Shown: in pieces, positions 1 through 10,397 of the stretch | Layout: each line of letters begins with the position of its first letter | Numbering within the stretch: the first letter of the stretch is position 1 | Assembly (NCBI GenBank): GCA_963837175.1 | Contig: CAWIMJ010000007.1 | Coordinates: 9,008-73,007, forward strand | Source: an uncultured Nitrososphaeraceae archaeon | GTDB taxonomy: Archaea; Thermoproteota; Nitrososphaeria; Nitrososphaerales; Nitrososphaeraceae | Length of the DNA stretch: 64,000 bases | Direction of reading: 5' to 3' | Translations under genes and position numbers: made by a program | Notes under the pieces: model-generated | The model's input: the letters and a program-made list of their open reading frames with translations, nothing else | The model's database searches: none | Told to the model about the DNA's origin: nothing

Positions 1-1405
1 CATATGACGCACCTATCATCGCTCCCCCTACTGATGCAATCTGGTTAAATGCAATCCACTCAGGAAAAGGTGCATAGTCAAAGTATCTTCTGGGCATTCC
101 GTACAATCCCAATACGTGTTGAGTTATAAAGATTAATATGATTCCTGTGAAAGCTAACGCAAAGTGAACCTGTGCTGCTCGTTCGTTGTACATTCTCCCT
201 GTAATAAGTGGAAATAGATAGTAAAGGAAACCAGTGAAGGTTAACGATACTGTTCCCATTAGTATTAGATGGAAATGACCAACTACCCAATAACTATCAT
301 GTGTGATGAAATCTAAGGGGAGTGCTGTGTTTACTACACCACCTGCTCCTGACGCAAAGAACAGCATGATGCCGCCTACACCAAACAACATGGGAGCAGC
401 AAACTTTATCCTGCCACCCCACATTGTTGCAATCCAGTTGAATACATGCATGGACGATGCAGGTACGGCAGCCAAGGTGCCAACCATAAACACAGTCTTT
501 TCTGTAAAGCTCATACCTGTTGCAAACATGTGGTGCGCCCATGATGCAAAGCCAACGATGGATAGCAATGTAAATGCTGCCACTCCAGACTGATAGCTAA
601 AAAGCGGTTTCCTTGAGAATTTTGGTATTGTTTCATAGAGCATACCTACTGCAGGTATAAAAAATATATAGACTTCAGGATGAAACGTAAACCAGAATAG
701 ATGCTGATAAGCAATAGGATCGCCCCCCATAGCAGGATTGAAGAAGCCAGACACTCCAAGTCTATCAGTATAGAGCATAATCAATGCTCCTGCAAACGTA
801 GGAATAGAAACAATTATCATAAATGAAGTGGTAAGAATCGCCCAAGCAAATAGCGACATTTTCATTAAAGGAAGATCGGGATGTTTCATTTTCAGAATAG
901 TGACTATGAAGTTTATTGAGCCTAGGATTGAAGAAACTCCAAGAATTTTTGCACCAAATATCCACATATCCGCTGCAGGACCAGCTGCTCTAGTTATTGA
1001 ATATGGTGGATAGGCCGTCCAACCGGTATCTGAAAATCCTAGCCAGATGAGTGCACCTGCTACTGGTATCATCCAAAAAGCTACAGCATTAAGTTTTGGC
1101 CAGGCCATATCTTTGTAACGCACCATTATTGGAATAAGATAATTGCCTACACCAGCTGCAAATGGAATTACCCAAAGAAGAAGCATAGTAGTTCCATGTA
1201 CTGTAAAAAATCTATGATATGAAGTAGATTCCGGAAATATTTGTATACCTGGTAAGAATAATTCTGCGCGTATCGCCATAGCCAAGGCCCCACCCAGCAT
1301 GAGAAATGTTATAGATGTAAACATATACAGCAAACCTACATCCGTATGATGAGTCGAGAAAAGTATCTCCCACATTGGACGAGGTCTTTTAATTTCTAAT
1401 ACCAA
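1..1405 (-). CDS. coxA: Heme-copper (cytochrome c) oxidase subunit I, runs off the window at position 1
   Basis: Manual translation of the minus strand: start near 1405 (LVLEIKRPRPMWEILFSTHHTDVG), then WFTFHPEVYIF, WAHHMF, HDSYWVVGHFH and GMPRRY motifs. Frame matches at both ends; absent from the ORF track because there is no stop inside the window. Confidence 0.95.
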   Translation of the reverse strand, partial: MVLEIKRPRPMWEILFSTHHTDVGLLYMFTSITFLMLGGALAMAIRAELFLPGIQIFPESTSYHRFFTVHGTTMLLLWVIPFAAGVGNYLIPIMVRYKDMAWPKLNAVAFWMIPVAGALIWLGFSDTGWTAYPPYSITRAAGPAADMWIFGAKILGVSSILGSINFIVTILKMKHPDLPLMKMSLFAWAILTTSFMIIVSIPTFAGALIMLYTDRLGVSGFFNPAMGGDPIAYQHLFWFTFHPEVYIFFIPAVGMLYETIPKFSRKPLFSYQSGVAAFTLLSIVGFASWAHHMFATGMSFTEKTVFMVGTLAAVPASSMHVFNWIATMWGGRIKFAAPMLFGVGGIMLFFASGAGGVVNTALPLDFITHDSYWVVGHFHLILMGTVSLTFTGFLYYLFPLITGRMYNERAAQVHFALAFTGIILIFITQHVLGLYGMPRRYFDYAPFPEWIAFNQIASVGGAMIGASY

Positions 1406-1596
1406 CACATATACACCTACTGATGGCAGTGATTGTATATCAATGTCAATAAAAGTATTTTGATTTTTATCAGAACCAATTCTCAAGATCAGAAAATAAT
1501 AGACAAACTTACAATTGATTTTATTGTCTATGATGGCTAGAACATGAAATTAGAGTAGTAGTATATTATAAATGAGATAAAAAAAGAGGGTAAGTA

Positions 1597-2454
1597 TTAT
1601 TCTACTTTCAGCTTTCCAGTCATAAATGGATGAACAGAACAATGAAAGTCATATTCTCCTGCTTGTAGATTTGCAGTCATTAATCTAGCAGATGCTGCAG
1701 CATTTATAATACTTGTATCAAACTGCTTACCTGCATCAGGTGCGTCTGGTGCTTTACCACTTGTAACTGTATGTGGCGATGAATCTTTGTTTACTACATC
1801 AATTTCATCACCCTTCTTGACTGTCAGAGAAACGGGATCATAAGAAGGATTGCCAGCAGTAGATGCACCTACAGGAATAGTTAGAGTAGCAGCTGCTGCT
1901 GGAGCAGAAGTACTACTACTAGCATTACCTGCTGTGGTGCCGGTGGTAGTGGTAGCAGATGAGGAAGTACCCGTCCCAGTAGTTGTTGATTGGGATTGAT
2001 TTGTAGTTCCAGTCGCGACTGCCACATTTGTTTGTGTTGGTTCTTCTACAAACAATTTTCCCTTCATATTATAGTGAAGCAGGCCACAGTATTCCCTGCA
2101 CTGAATCAAATATTGGCCAGTCTGATCAAACATATTCCATATTGTATTAACTCTGCCTGGAACTGCATCCATTAAAATTGTAAAATCAGGGATATTAAAA
2201 CTATGGATAACATCTTGGGAAACGACCTCAAATCTATATGGTAATCCCTTTTTTACATGTAACTCTCCTATTTCTTTTGTTCCATCCGCATGTTCAAAAG
2301 TCCAGAACCACTGCTGTCCAATAACTTTAATAATTTCAGATTCTGGAGGTGCATGTTCTAGTACATGTTCTACATTCCATGATTCTGCTCCCACCCACGT
2401 AAGAAGACTAATTACAACGCCAACATAGACCCATTCTACTGTAGCATGACCCAT
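1597..2454 (-). CDS. coxB: Heme-copper oxidase subunit II (CuA) fused via a Thr/Ser/Ala linker to a C-terminal plastocyanin-like type-1 copper domain
   Basis: GQQWFWTF, DVIHSF and CREYCGLLHYNM (CuA) motifs; low-complexity linker; then PHTVT...YDFHCSVHPFMTG (type-1 Cu ligands H, C, H, M). Confidence 0.92.
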   Translation of the reverse strand: MGHATVEWVYVGVVISLLTWVGAESWNVEHVLEHAPPESEIIKVIGQQWFWTFEHADGTKEIGELHVKKGLPYRFEVVSQDVIHSFNIPDFTILMDAVPGRVNTIWNMFDQTGQYLIQCREYCGLLHYNMKGKLFVEEPTQTNVAVATGTTNQSQSTTTGTGTSSSATTTTGTTAGNASSSTSAPAAAATLTIPVGASTAGNPSYDPVSLTVKKGDEIDVVNKDSSPHTVTSGKAPDAPDAGKQFDTSIINAAASARLMTANLQAGEYDFHCSVHPFMTGKLKVE

Positions 2455-2732
2455 TAACGATGTGCACTCTCCATTGATTCTCTTGGCTGATTTTTCTTAT
2501 TAGATTCGCGGAACCTCCAAATTATGTAGACAATACTACCTTGGACAACAGCGCCAACAATAAATGCCACGACCATTAATCTATAAAATGTGCTCCATAC
2601 TTCCACTCGTCTTACAACATACTTTTCTGCAGATTCTTGAGCTAGAGCAAATTCGGCGAGGCTCAAAAGAGATATAATCAGCAAGGGGGCAACGGCCAAA
2701 AGTAGCCATGACCTTGAATAATACGATGACAT
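2454..2732 (-). CDS. Small membrane protein of the cox operon resembling the N-terminal helix region of COX2
   Basis: Signal-like N-terminus plus hydrophobic helix ending YIIWRFRE; its stop overlaps the coxB start. Confidence 0.7.
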   Translation of the reverse strand: MSSYYSRSWLLLAVAPLLIISLLSLAEFALAQESAEKYVVRRVEVWSTFYRLMVVAFIVGAVVQGSIVYIIWRFRESNKKNQPRESMESAHR

Positions 2733-2787
2733 ATAGATCACTATTCTGAGCACAATTGAGCTCTACATCTAATTTAAGGTTTTTGGA

Positions 2788-3411
2788 TTACTCGTTAATG
2801 TAACGGTGTATACCCATTACATTCACTGCAGATAAAGAATAAATCTTACTCTCATGCTTTAATATTGTCAGCGCTGCATTACGCATATGCCATTGATAAA
2901 GCACTTCAGGTTTTAAATCGAGCAAGATAGAGATAACAGCTTTTATTGGATCTAGATGAGTAATCATTAGGATATTTTTGTCTTTATGTTTTTCTGTGAT
3001 CTCATCAAGGAGATTCTTTATTCTTTGTTTTACAGATGTAAAAGTTTCGACTCCATTGCTAATTAGTGTCTTATCATTCTCAGTGTAGAATTTTAAAAAT
3101 AGATTTCCATATTTCTGAATTATATCTTCATACTTCATCCCAACAAGTTTACCAAGATCAATTTCGTACAGTCGCTCATCTATTTTGTAATTCATTCCCA
3201 ATGTTTTACAAACGATCTTTGCAGTTTCGATAGTACGTATGACAGGACTGACTAAGACTTCTTCTATTGGCATATTTTTTAGATATTTCGCAGTATCAGA
3301 AACCTGTTGTTTTCCGTATTTTGTAAGATGTGACTCGATATGTCTGCCTACTAAGATTCTATTTACATTATTATCAGCCTGCCCATGACGCATAAGTACT
3401 ACGAGTGGCAA
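2788..3411 (-). CDS. Histidine phosphatase / phosphoglycerate mutase family protein
   Basis: RHGQA N-terminal motif, SPVIRT, LYEIDLG, second His in ITH. Confidence 0.9.
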   Translation of the reverse strand: MPLVVLMRHGQADNNVNRILVGRHIESHLTKYGKQQVSDTAKYLKNMPIEEVLVSPVIRTIETAKIVCKTLGMNYKIDERLYEIDLGKLVGMKYEDIIQKYGNLFLKFYTENDKTLISNGVETFTSVKQRIKNLLDEITEKHKDKNILMITHLDPIKAVISILLDLKPEVLYQWHMRNAALTILKHESKIYSLSAVNVMGIHRYINE

Positions 3412-3581
3412 ATAAAATCATTGAAATTCAGCAAGATTACAATATTAATTTTCGCCAACTGACTATTAAATCCACCAATACTTCTTTTTTATCTTTTGGA
3501 TCCTAAAAAATTGAAAAATAACACTCGGATGATTGGATAAGCTTAATATCTAATTATTCATGAAATGAATTGAACTGTATT

Positions 3582-4256
3582 ATGAGAGTAGGAATAATTG
3601 GCGGTACTGGCGGCATGGGAAAAGGTTTTGCTCTAAGATGGTGTTTTGGACATGACGTTAGTGTAGGCTCTCGGGATGCACAAAGGGCAAAAGAGGTCGC
3701 TCAAAGTTACACAGAAGCTGCCAGGGAAGCATATGGAAACAGTATGACTGGCAGCATTTCAGGAGATGATAATTTTTCTTTAGCTAAGAATTCTGATATC
3801 TTAATTTTATCTATTCCATATGAGTCTATCGAGGATACATGCGATAGATTGGTAAAAGAAGTTAGGAATGATTGTATCATTGTTTCACCAATAGTTCCGA
3901 TGGCCAGAACAGATGCTGGGTTCATATATCTCCCTCTTGAAGAAGGAAAAAAATTCGCCGCAGAGATCATAGCATACAAGTTACCACCTAGATCTAGAGT
4001 TGTTTCAGCATTCCATACAATCTCGGAGATTAAACTGATAAATGTAAAAAGGAGCCTCGATGCAGATACCTTCGTATGCGGAGATGATCAGAGTACAGTA
4101 GCGATATTAAATACTTTAATTTCTGAGATTAATGGGCTTCGTTCTATATATTTAGGTCCATTGTCAATTTCATATCAAGCAGAAATTCTAACTCCTATGC
4201 TACTAAATGCGGCTAAAAGAAATAAGATGAAACATCCGGGTATTAGATTAGTGTAA
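3582..4256 (+). CDS. npdG: F420H2:NADP+ oxidoreductase
   Basis: IGGTGGMGKG Rossmann motif, VGSRD, VVSAFHTIS, VCGDD. Confidence 0.88.
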   Translation: MRVGIIGGTGGMGKGFALRWCFGHDVSVGSRDAQRAKEVAQSYTEAAREAYGNSMTGSISGDDNFSLAKNSDILILSIPYESIEDTCDRLVKEVRNDCIIVSPIVPMARTDAGFIYLPLEEGKKFAAEIIAYKLPPRSRVVSAFHTISEIKLINVKRSLDADTFVCGDDQSTVAILNTLISEINGLRSIYLGPLSISYQAEILTPMLLNAAKRNKMKHPGIRLV

Positions 4257-4261
4257 TAATA

Positions 4262-4567
4262 ATGAGATACAGAGAAGGAAATGGAGAGAGAAGCCGTCGT
4301 GGTAGAAACTGGATGTCTGCAATGGGTGTCCTCTTCATAGTCATGGCCGTTATCATTGCTCTAAGAAATCTCTATTTTGTCACTACAGAATTCTCTTTTG
4401 AATTTTATCTTGATAACTATACCAATACCCAACTTACAAATGAAAAATTTGTCATTGCTATGTTGATTGCTGGCGGAATTTTGCTATACTGGGGTTACTT
4501 TAAAAAGAAAGAAGATTATGGACCTCCGGATGAACATGAACGACATAGATTTAACTATGGAACATAG
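4262..4567 (+). CDS. Small two-TM membrane protein
   Basis: Two hydrophobic segments; lies in operon position between npdG and pspA. Confidence 0.65.
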   Translation: MRYREGNGERSRRGRNWMSAMGVLFIVMAVIIALRNLYFVTTEFSFEFYLDNYTNTQLTNEKFVIAMLIAGGILLYWGYFKKKEDYGPPDEHERHRFNYGT

Positions 4568-4633
4568 TTATCCAAAGATTGGATAACTGATCTATAGTAT
4601 ATTTAATAATTATTTAAGACCATAATGATATGA

Positions 4634-5377
4634 TTGAGATTGGGTCTAACAAATCGTCTTTCAACAGTAATTAAGCAAAAAGTGAATCAACTCCTTGACA
4701 GGTATGAAGATCCACGCCAAGCACTTGATTATTCCCATGTGAAACAAACTGAAATGTTGAATAAATTACGTAGAGATATTGCAGAAGTTATAACATCTAA
4801 AAAGCGACTAGAAATGCAGAAGGCAAAACTATGGGATAATATTCGTACACTTGATGAGCAAGCTCATCGTTCAATTGAAGTAGAGAGGGAGGATTTGGCA
4901 AAACTGGCACTAGAGCGCAAGAATTCGAATTTGCTTCAAGTACAAGGCCTGGAAAAACAAATAGCAGAAATGCAAAATGAACAGGAAAAACTTGAACAGA
5001 CGGAAAAACGTCTGTCTGCGAAAGTTGAAGAATTCAAGTCAAAAAAAGAGGTCATCAAGGCACAATATTCCGCTGCAGAAGCTCAAGTCCGCATAAAAGA
5101 AAGTGTTTCAGGAATTTCTGAGGAAATGACAGATGTAGGCATAGCAATGAATAGGGCAGAAGATAAGACTGAAAAAATGAAAGCAAAGTCTCAAGCTTTA
5201 GACGAAATGATAGATTCCGGGGTACTTACAGATTATACATCAAATAAAGATGATATAAATAAGGAACTAGAAAAAATTACAGTAAAAGATTCAGTAGAAG
5301 AAGAATTAGCAAAGTTAAAGGCCCAGAAGGCACGTAAAAAGAAGCAGGTAACCGAGGAGCAAGAAATACAACAATGA
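4634..5377 (+). CDS. pspA: PspA/IM30 family protein (ESCRT-III superfamily)
   Basis: EDPRQALD motif, long coiled coil, REDLAKLALERK, VEEELAKLK. Confidence 0.92.
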   Translation: MRLGLTNRLSTVIKQKVNQLLDRYEDPRQALDYSHVKQTEMLNKLRRDIAEVITSKKRLEMQKAKLWDNIRTLDEQAHRSIEVEREDLAKLALERKNSNLLQVQGLEKQIAEMQNEQEKLEQTEKRLSAKVEEFKSKKEVIKAQYSAAEAQVRIKESVSGISEEMTDVGIAMNRAEDKTEKMKAKSQALDEMIDSGVLTDYTSNKDDINKELEKITVKDSVEEELAKLKAQKARKKKQVTEEQEIQQ

Positions 5378-5931
5378 ATGGCAAAAAACGCATCAAAAGC
5401 GTCAAATCCTCAAAGTATCGAAGAGGCCAAAAGCCATTGAAACGAAAAATCCTTAAAGCCTCTACTTTAAAGGAAAAAAGTTCTAAATCACAGAAAAAGG
5501 TAAAGGTAGAGGGAGGCAGATCTTCAAGAAAAGCAATAAATCCAAGCCTAAAAACACATCCCTCGAAGAAGAAGGAAGTATCAATACAGGCAACTGTAAA
5601 GGCAAAAAGAGCAACTGTAGGAGTTAGACCAATGGAAAGAAACAAAATTGTCAGGATTATGGGTCATGGCCAGTTCAGAGTAGATAATAAGATACTTAAA
5701 AAACTTAACGAAATTGATAATTCAATAGTCCAGTTAGTAAGCAATGATAGATCTGATGACATTGAGTTTAGAAAGCGCCTAACAGAATTTACAGATATAG
5801 TAGAAACAAATGGAGAACGACTCGATCCGACAGAAATAGTCCAGTCTGATATCATATTGCCAAGTCCTGATCTTTCGATTGAAGAAGCAAAGAGGCTTTT
5901 CAAAGGCGATGGGGTAGTTCCAGAATTTTAA
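5374..5931 (+). CDS. pspAA: PspA-associated protein A (PspAA) with Lys/Arg-rich N-terminal extension
   Basis: C-terminal IVRIMGHGQFRV...SDIILPSPDLSIEEAKRLFKGDGVVP matches PspAA; ATG overlaps the pspA stop (ATGA). Confidence 0.8.
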   Translation: MNGKKRIKSVKSSKYRRGQKPLKRKILKASTLKEKSSKSQKKVKVEGGRSSRKAINPSLKTHPSKKKEVSIQATVKAKRATVGVRPMERNKIVRIMGHGQFRVDNKILKKLNEIDNSIVQLVSNDRSDDIEFRKRLTEFTDIVETNGERLDPTEIVQSDIILPSPDLSIEEAKRLFKGDGVVPEF

Positions 5932-6503
5932 AGTGGCAAATCCCAAAGAGGATACCAGAGAGTAATATCTCTCTCTAGGGGGACCTCATCACCAATTGTA
6001 GCCATTATTTTCATTTCCTCCTCAGTATTCCTTGATTTTGTACCATTATCTAAGGGTACAAAAGGATAAAATGTATTACGCTTATAGTTGTAAATCAAAT
6101 ATTCCTTTCTATTTCTATCATCAATAAATTCAAAGATTGCTGCAAGTAACTGATTTGAAAAACCTTTTTCATCAACAGTATCTCCTACTGCACTAATTCC
6201 TGCTAGAAGATCTTCCATTCTTTTACCTTCAAGTATAACCCAGAGATAGCCATAAGAATCAATAACGGTGCGATATGTTAGTTCAAAATCAGTCTTGCTT
6301 ATATCAAGAAACCGCTTAATATCGTCTTTCATTTCATTAAAATACATTCCGCTGATACTTTTAAGACTCAATGCACATCTTCCAGAATTTTTTAAACCCA
6401 TCTTGCTCTCTATCGTGAGATATGCAGAAGATAGCGAAAAAATGACATCAGAATCCGTTTTTGAATTATACTTCTTTTTTACAAATTTTCCAAAGAATCT
6501 CAA
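5928..6503 (-). CDS. pspAB: PspA-associated protein B (PspAB)
   Basis: DSYGYLW, LLAAIFEF, YLIYNYKRNTFYPFVP, LWYPLWDLP motifs; directly downstream of htpX. Confidence 0.82.
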   Translation of the reverse strand: MRFFGKFVKKKYNSKTDSDVIFSLSSAYLTIESKMGLKNSGRCALSLKSISGMYFNEMKDDIKRFLDISKTDFELTYRTVIDSYGYLWVILEGKRMEDLLAGISAVGDTVDEKGFSNQLLAAIFEFIDDRNRKEYLIYNYKRNTFYPFVPLDNGTKSRNTEEEMKIMATIGDEVPLERDITLWYPLWDLPL

Positions 6504-7418
6504 CTCATGGATGCCTCCATCTCCATGAGTTTTTGTATTCTCTTTTCAACAGGGGGATGAGTAGAGAAAAGATTTCCGATCGTGCTTCCAGAAATAGCTG
6601 GTATAATAAAAAATGCATTTAATCCTTCTACTTGTCTCAAGTCTTTTGTAGGAACTCGGCGCATATTACCACTAATTTTCATTAAAGCATTAGCCAATTT
6701 GACAGGTTTTCCAGTAATCTGGGCAGACTCCTCTATCTGCTGAAAATTCCCTGTATCGAGCGATTGCTCTAATAATAAGAAAGCTAATGATCCATACTAG
6801 AACAGCTACCACTATCACGATTATCATAATGCCGCCATTATTTCGGTCTCTTCCATATCCCATTCCACCATATAATCCACCATAGAATCCAAACTGCATA
6901 AGATACCATGCAACGGTAGCGAAAATACTTGCAAGCGTTATTACAAGTACATCTCTATTTCTAATGTGTGTTAGCTCATGTGCTATCACGCCTTCTAACT
7001 CTTCTGGATCGTCTAGAATATCCAATAGACCTGTTGTAACTGCCACTACAGAGCTCTTCCTATCTTTCCCTGTCGCAAAGGCATTAGGCATGCTTGTATT
7101 TACTACAGCTATCTTTGGTTTTGGAAGATTATTCCTTGCCACTATTCTTTCTACCATATCATGCAGTTTTGGAAATTGATCTCTGGTAACTATCTTTGCT
7201 CCCGAACTCCATAGCACTATCTTGTCTGAGAAATACCACTGTGCCAGAACCATCAAAGAAGCAATTATCGCTATAGGAATAATTCCAAGACCAACATATG
7301 CCAGTACACTTAGAAATACTACATAGAGTAAGGCAAGAATTGCAAAACTGAGGATCATCCTAATGGTTAACCCGGTATCTCTCCTCTGCCATGCCGGGGT
7401 TCTTGAAACAGAACTCAA
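6500..7418 (-). CDS. htpX: HtpX zinc metalloprotease (M48), split by a 1-bp frameshift near 6730
   Basis: PNAFATG, AHELTH, REFSAD in ORF 6690-7418; LFSTHPPVEKRI in ORF 6500-6697. Removing one base joins them. Confidence 0.9.
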
Positions 7419-7451
7419 CTAGATTATTATTTGTACAGCAACTACTTTTAA

Positions 7452-8663
7452 TTATTTGCTTGATTGGTATAAAAAAGATTCAAGATTATCAATTGCTTGC
7501 TCAAGTGTCTCTTCTTTTGGAAGATAAACTATTCTAAAATGGTTCGCCCCGAATGCCGTTCCGAATCCTGAACCGTGCACTGTTAGCACTCCAGTATTGT
7601 TAAGTAGATCTATAACAAAATGCTGGTCATCTTTCCATCTACGATTAAGATCAATTTTCGGGAAAACATAAAATGCCCCTCGAGGCATCCTACATGAAAT
7701 ACCTTTTATTGCATTCAGACGCTTCACTGTATAATCTCTTCTTCTGCGCAACTTTTGTACCATGTCTGCAATATGTCCTTGAGGTCCTCGTAATGCCTCT
7801 ACGGCTGCAATTTGTACGGGCAAATTAGTAGATATTCGTACTCTTGCAAGTTTTGGAATATTCTTTCGCAAGACATCCAATTTTTTAGAATCACTATTCA
7901 TGCATATATAACCGCAACGCCATCCGCTCATTAAATATGCTTTTGAGAAACCATTAAGAAGTATGACTGGTGCATCCTTTGCCACTTTTCCAATTCCAGT
8001 ATACTGATCATCAAAAACTATTTTGTCATAGATTTCATCACAGATTACATACAGATCATGTTCTGCTGCTACATCAATTATCTGTTGAAGGCTTTTCCGG
8101 TCAAATACCTCTCCAGTAGGATTATTTGGACTAATTATACATATTGCACGTGATCTGGAGTTGATTTTTGATAGAATATTCTCAAGATCCGGTTTACCAT
8201 CGTCATGAAGTTTGAATTCAACAGGTTTTCCTCCATAGAATTTCACATACGATGCATAAGGCGGATAATATGGCCCTGGCATGAGAACCTCGGTATTAGG
8301 ATCAACAACAGATGCCAAAGTCATCTCAAGACCTTCAGAAACACCATTGGTAACCAAAACATCTTCTTCTATTATCGATAATCCTTTTTGTGATTCTTTT
8401 TCTACAATGGCTTTACATAATTCTGGCAATCCTTCTGATTTTGTATAATAATTCTCATCATTTTTTACAGCTTCGATTAATGCAAGTTTAATATGTTCAG
8501 GAGTCTTGAAATCATATTTTAGCGGGTCTCCGATATTCAGATAGATTATTTCTTTTCCAGATTTTTCATACTCACTTGCATATGAAATGATATCACGAAT
8601 GGCATATTCTACTCCCTGCGTCCTATCAGAGACTTTCAATTGATACTTTAAAAGAAAATACAC
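7452..8663 (-). CDS. Class I/II PLP aminotransferase (alanine aminotransferase-like); start probably TTG near 8639
   Basis: LNIGDP, SPNNPTG, DEIYD, GFSKAYLMSGWRCG. Confidence 0.9.
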   Translation of the reverse strand: MYFLLKYQLKVSDRTQGVEYAIRDIISYASEYEKSGKEIIYLNIGDPLKYDFKTPEHIKLALIEAVKNDENYYTKSEGLPELCKAIVEKESQKGLSIIEEDVLVTNGVSEGLEMTLASVVDPNTEVLMPGPYYPPYASYVKFYGGKPVEFKLHDDGKPDLENILSKINSRSRAICIISPNNPTGEVFDRKSLQQIIDVAAEHDLYVICDEIYDKIVFDDQYTGIGKVAKDAPVILLNGFSKAYLMSGWRCGYICMNSDSKKLDVLRKNIPKLARVRISTNLPVQIAAVEALRGPQGHIADMVQKLRRRRDYTVKRLNAIKGISCRMPRGAFYVFPKIDLNRRWKDDQHFVIDLLNNTGVLTVHGSGFGTAFGANHFRIVYLPKEETLEQAIDNLESFLYQSSK

Positions 8664-9215
8664 TAAGATAAATTGTTATTTATCTAAGGATAACGTACAA
8701 AAAAATTTAACAATATGAATATACAGGCATATTTATGATAAGACGATAGATTGTCAAATATATTGACTACAAACAATGTAAAAGAGTTATCAGATATTCA
8801 GTTATGAATTAAAGATATAATTTTTAGTACCTTTATAGTTACTCTAATCTCCAAACAAGACAGATTTCAAGGAAATATTAAAAATCTGTCTAAATAAGAA
8901 GCAATAATGAATAGATAGCATTTGTGCACATTATCTAAGAATATGTATTCAATTAATTATGTAATTGTAGTAATACAAAAAGGAGCGTCAAAAAGACTAT
9001 TTAAAGAGCATCTGATATAGCTACAAAAACTGCCATAACTCAGAGAATAAAGCGACGCTAGAATAAACGGTTACTCAATCAGGTATTAAATATTAATAAA
9101 ACAAAATGACAATTTAGAAACTAAAAACCTGGCAAAGCAGAAGGAAGAATAATCCAGATACTAGATTAATCAACTTTGCCAAAGGAGCAAATATGGCTAT
9201 ACTTTCACGATTTTC

Positions 9216-10085
9216 TTAATCATTAATGAAATCTGCTACAACATTATTAAAAAATTCTGGTTTGTCAACATGCGGTCTATGACCACAATTTTCAAGTAAC
9301 ATCAATCTGCAATTTTTCATCTTTATAAAAGGTTTAATAAATTTTACAGGAATCATTCGATCTTCTTTTCCCCAAATCAATAGTGTATCTGCCTTTATTT
9401 TATGTAAACGCCTATTCAGTCTTGGTGAATGAGCACTACCTCTAAGGGCGGACAGGAATGCCTCTTTTGCTCCTGGCATAGACAACTTCTGATAAACTAT
9501 CTTTGCGTAATTTTCATCAACAGAATTGTTATCTACAGAAGATAATGCTCTTTTTACTTCTTGGACTGTCCTTGCTTTTAAAATATTAGTATACTTTAGC
9601 AAAGCAGATGTTCCTCTAAATGAAACAGGCAATACTCCTGCAGGACTTACCAAAACAAGTTTACAAACAATTTTATAATAATGTATTGCAACTTCTGCTG
9701 CAATATGGCCTCCAAGTGAAGAGCCTACAATAGATACAGGAGTTGATATCTTCATATAATTAATGAACTTTGCAACAAATTTTGTATAAAAATTTATTGT
9801 ATAATCGATTTGTGGTTTATCGCTAGAACCAAATCCAGGAAGGTCAACTGCAATTACTCTGAGTTGTTTTGTGGAAAGTGTGTCAATATTATTGATCCAA
9901 CTCTCTATTGAGCCACCTAAACCATGAATAAGCAACACAGATTTGCCTTTCGATAGGGTATCTACATAACGAATAAGAAGGTTATCAACCTTCAAATGGT
10001 GAAATCCATATTTTATCAATTGAATTTCGTATTTTATATAATATAAAATACCTTTCGTATTTATCTCATAGATATATGAAGCCAA
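9216..10085 (-). CDS. Alpha/beta hydrolase (true start probably 10019 or 9995)
   Basis: IHGLGG, DLPGFG, GSSLGG nucleophile elbow, WGKED, CGH. Confidence 0.88.
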   Translation of the reverse strand: MASYIYEINTKGILYYIKYEIQLIKYGFHHLKVDNLLIRYVDTLSKGKSVLLIHGLGGSIESWINNIDTLSTKQLRVIAVDLPGFGSSDKPQIDYTINFYTKFVAKFINYMKISTPVSIVGSSLGGHIAAEVAIHYYKIVCKLVLVSPAGVLPVSFRGTSALLKYTNILKARTVQEVKRALSSVDNNSVDENYAKIVYQKLSMPGAKEAFLSALRGSAHSPRLNRRLHKIKADTLLIWGKEDRMIPVKFIKPFIKMKNCRLMLLENCGHRPHVDKPEFFNNVVADFIND

Positions 10086-10397
10086 TATTCCATTATCAAA
10101 ATCCTACCATAGAAGGCCAACAGATCCTTCTTCCAAGTTAAATTTGAAAATTCTTTTGAAAATCTCCTTTGTATTTACATTCTTTAGCATGCCAGTGTTA
10201 TTATAACATTTAATTCAGTTATTACATGAATTGGTATAATAATAACTAAATGATATTTGAAAAGAATTGATATTTTGGGAATAGTATAGTCTACCATTAT
10301 CAGTGACCCATTACTATATAATATATTCATTAGATATTATTTTGGCACATTTTAAGAACAAGAATTTTATAACTGGTCCAAACTGCAAGTAGGTATT

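Noticed and set aside
78-1013. Short ORF-track entries overlapping coxA (and similar shadow ORFs over fumC, maeA, ilvA and the GT genes)
   Set aside because: Alternative-frame or antisense shadows of well-supported genes.
6500-7418. Programmed frameshifting or true pseudogenisation of htpX and other split genes
   Set aside because: No slippery sites, and both halves are otherwise intact; the many similar 1-bp indels point to sequencing error.
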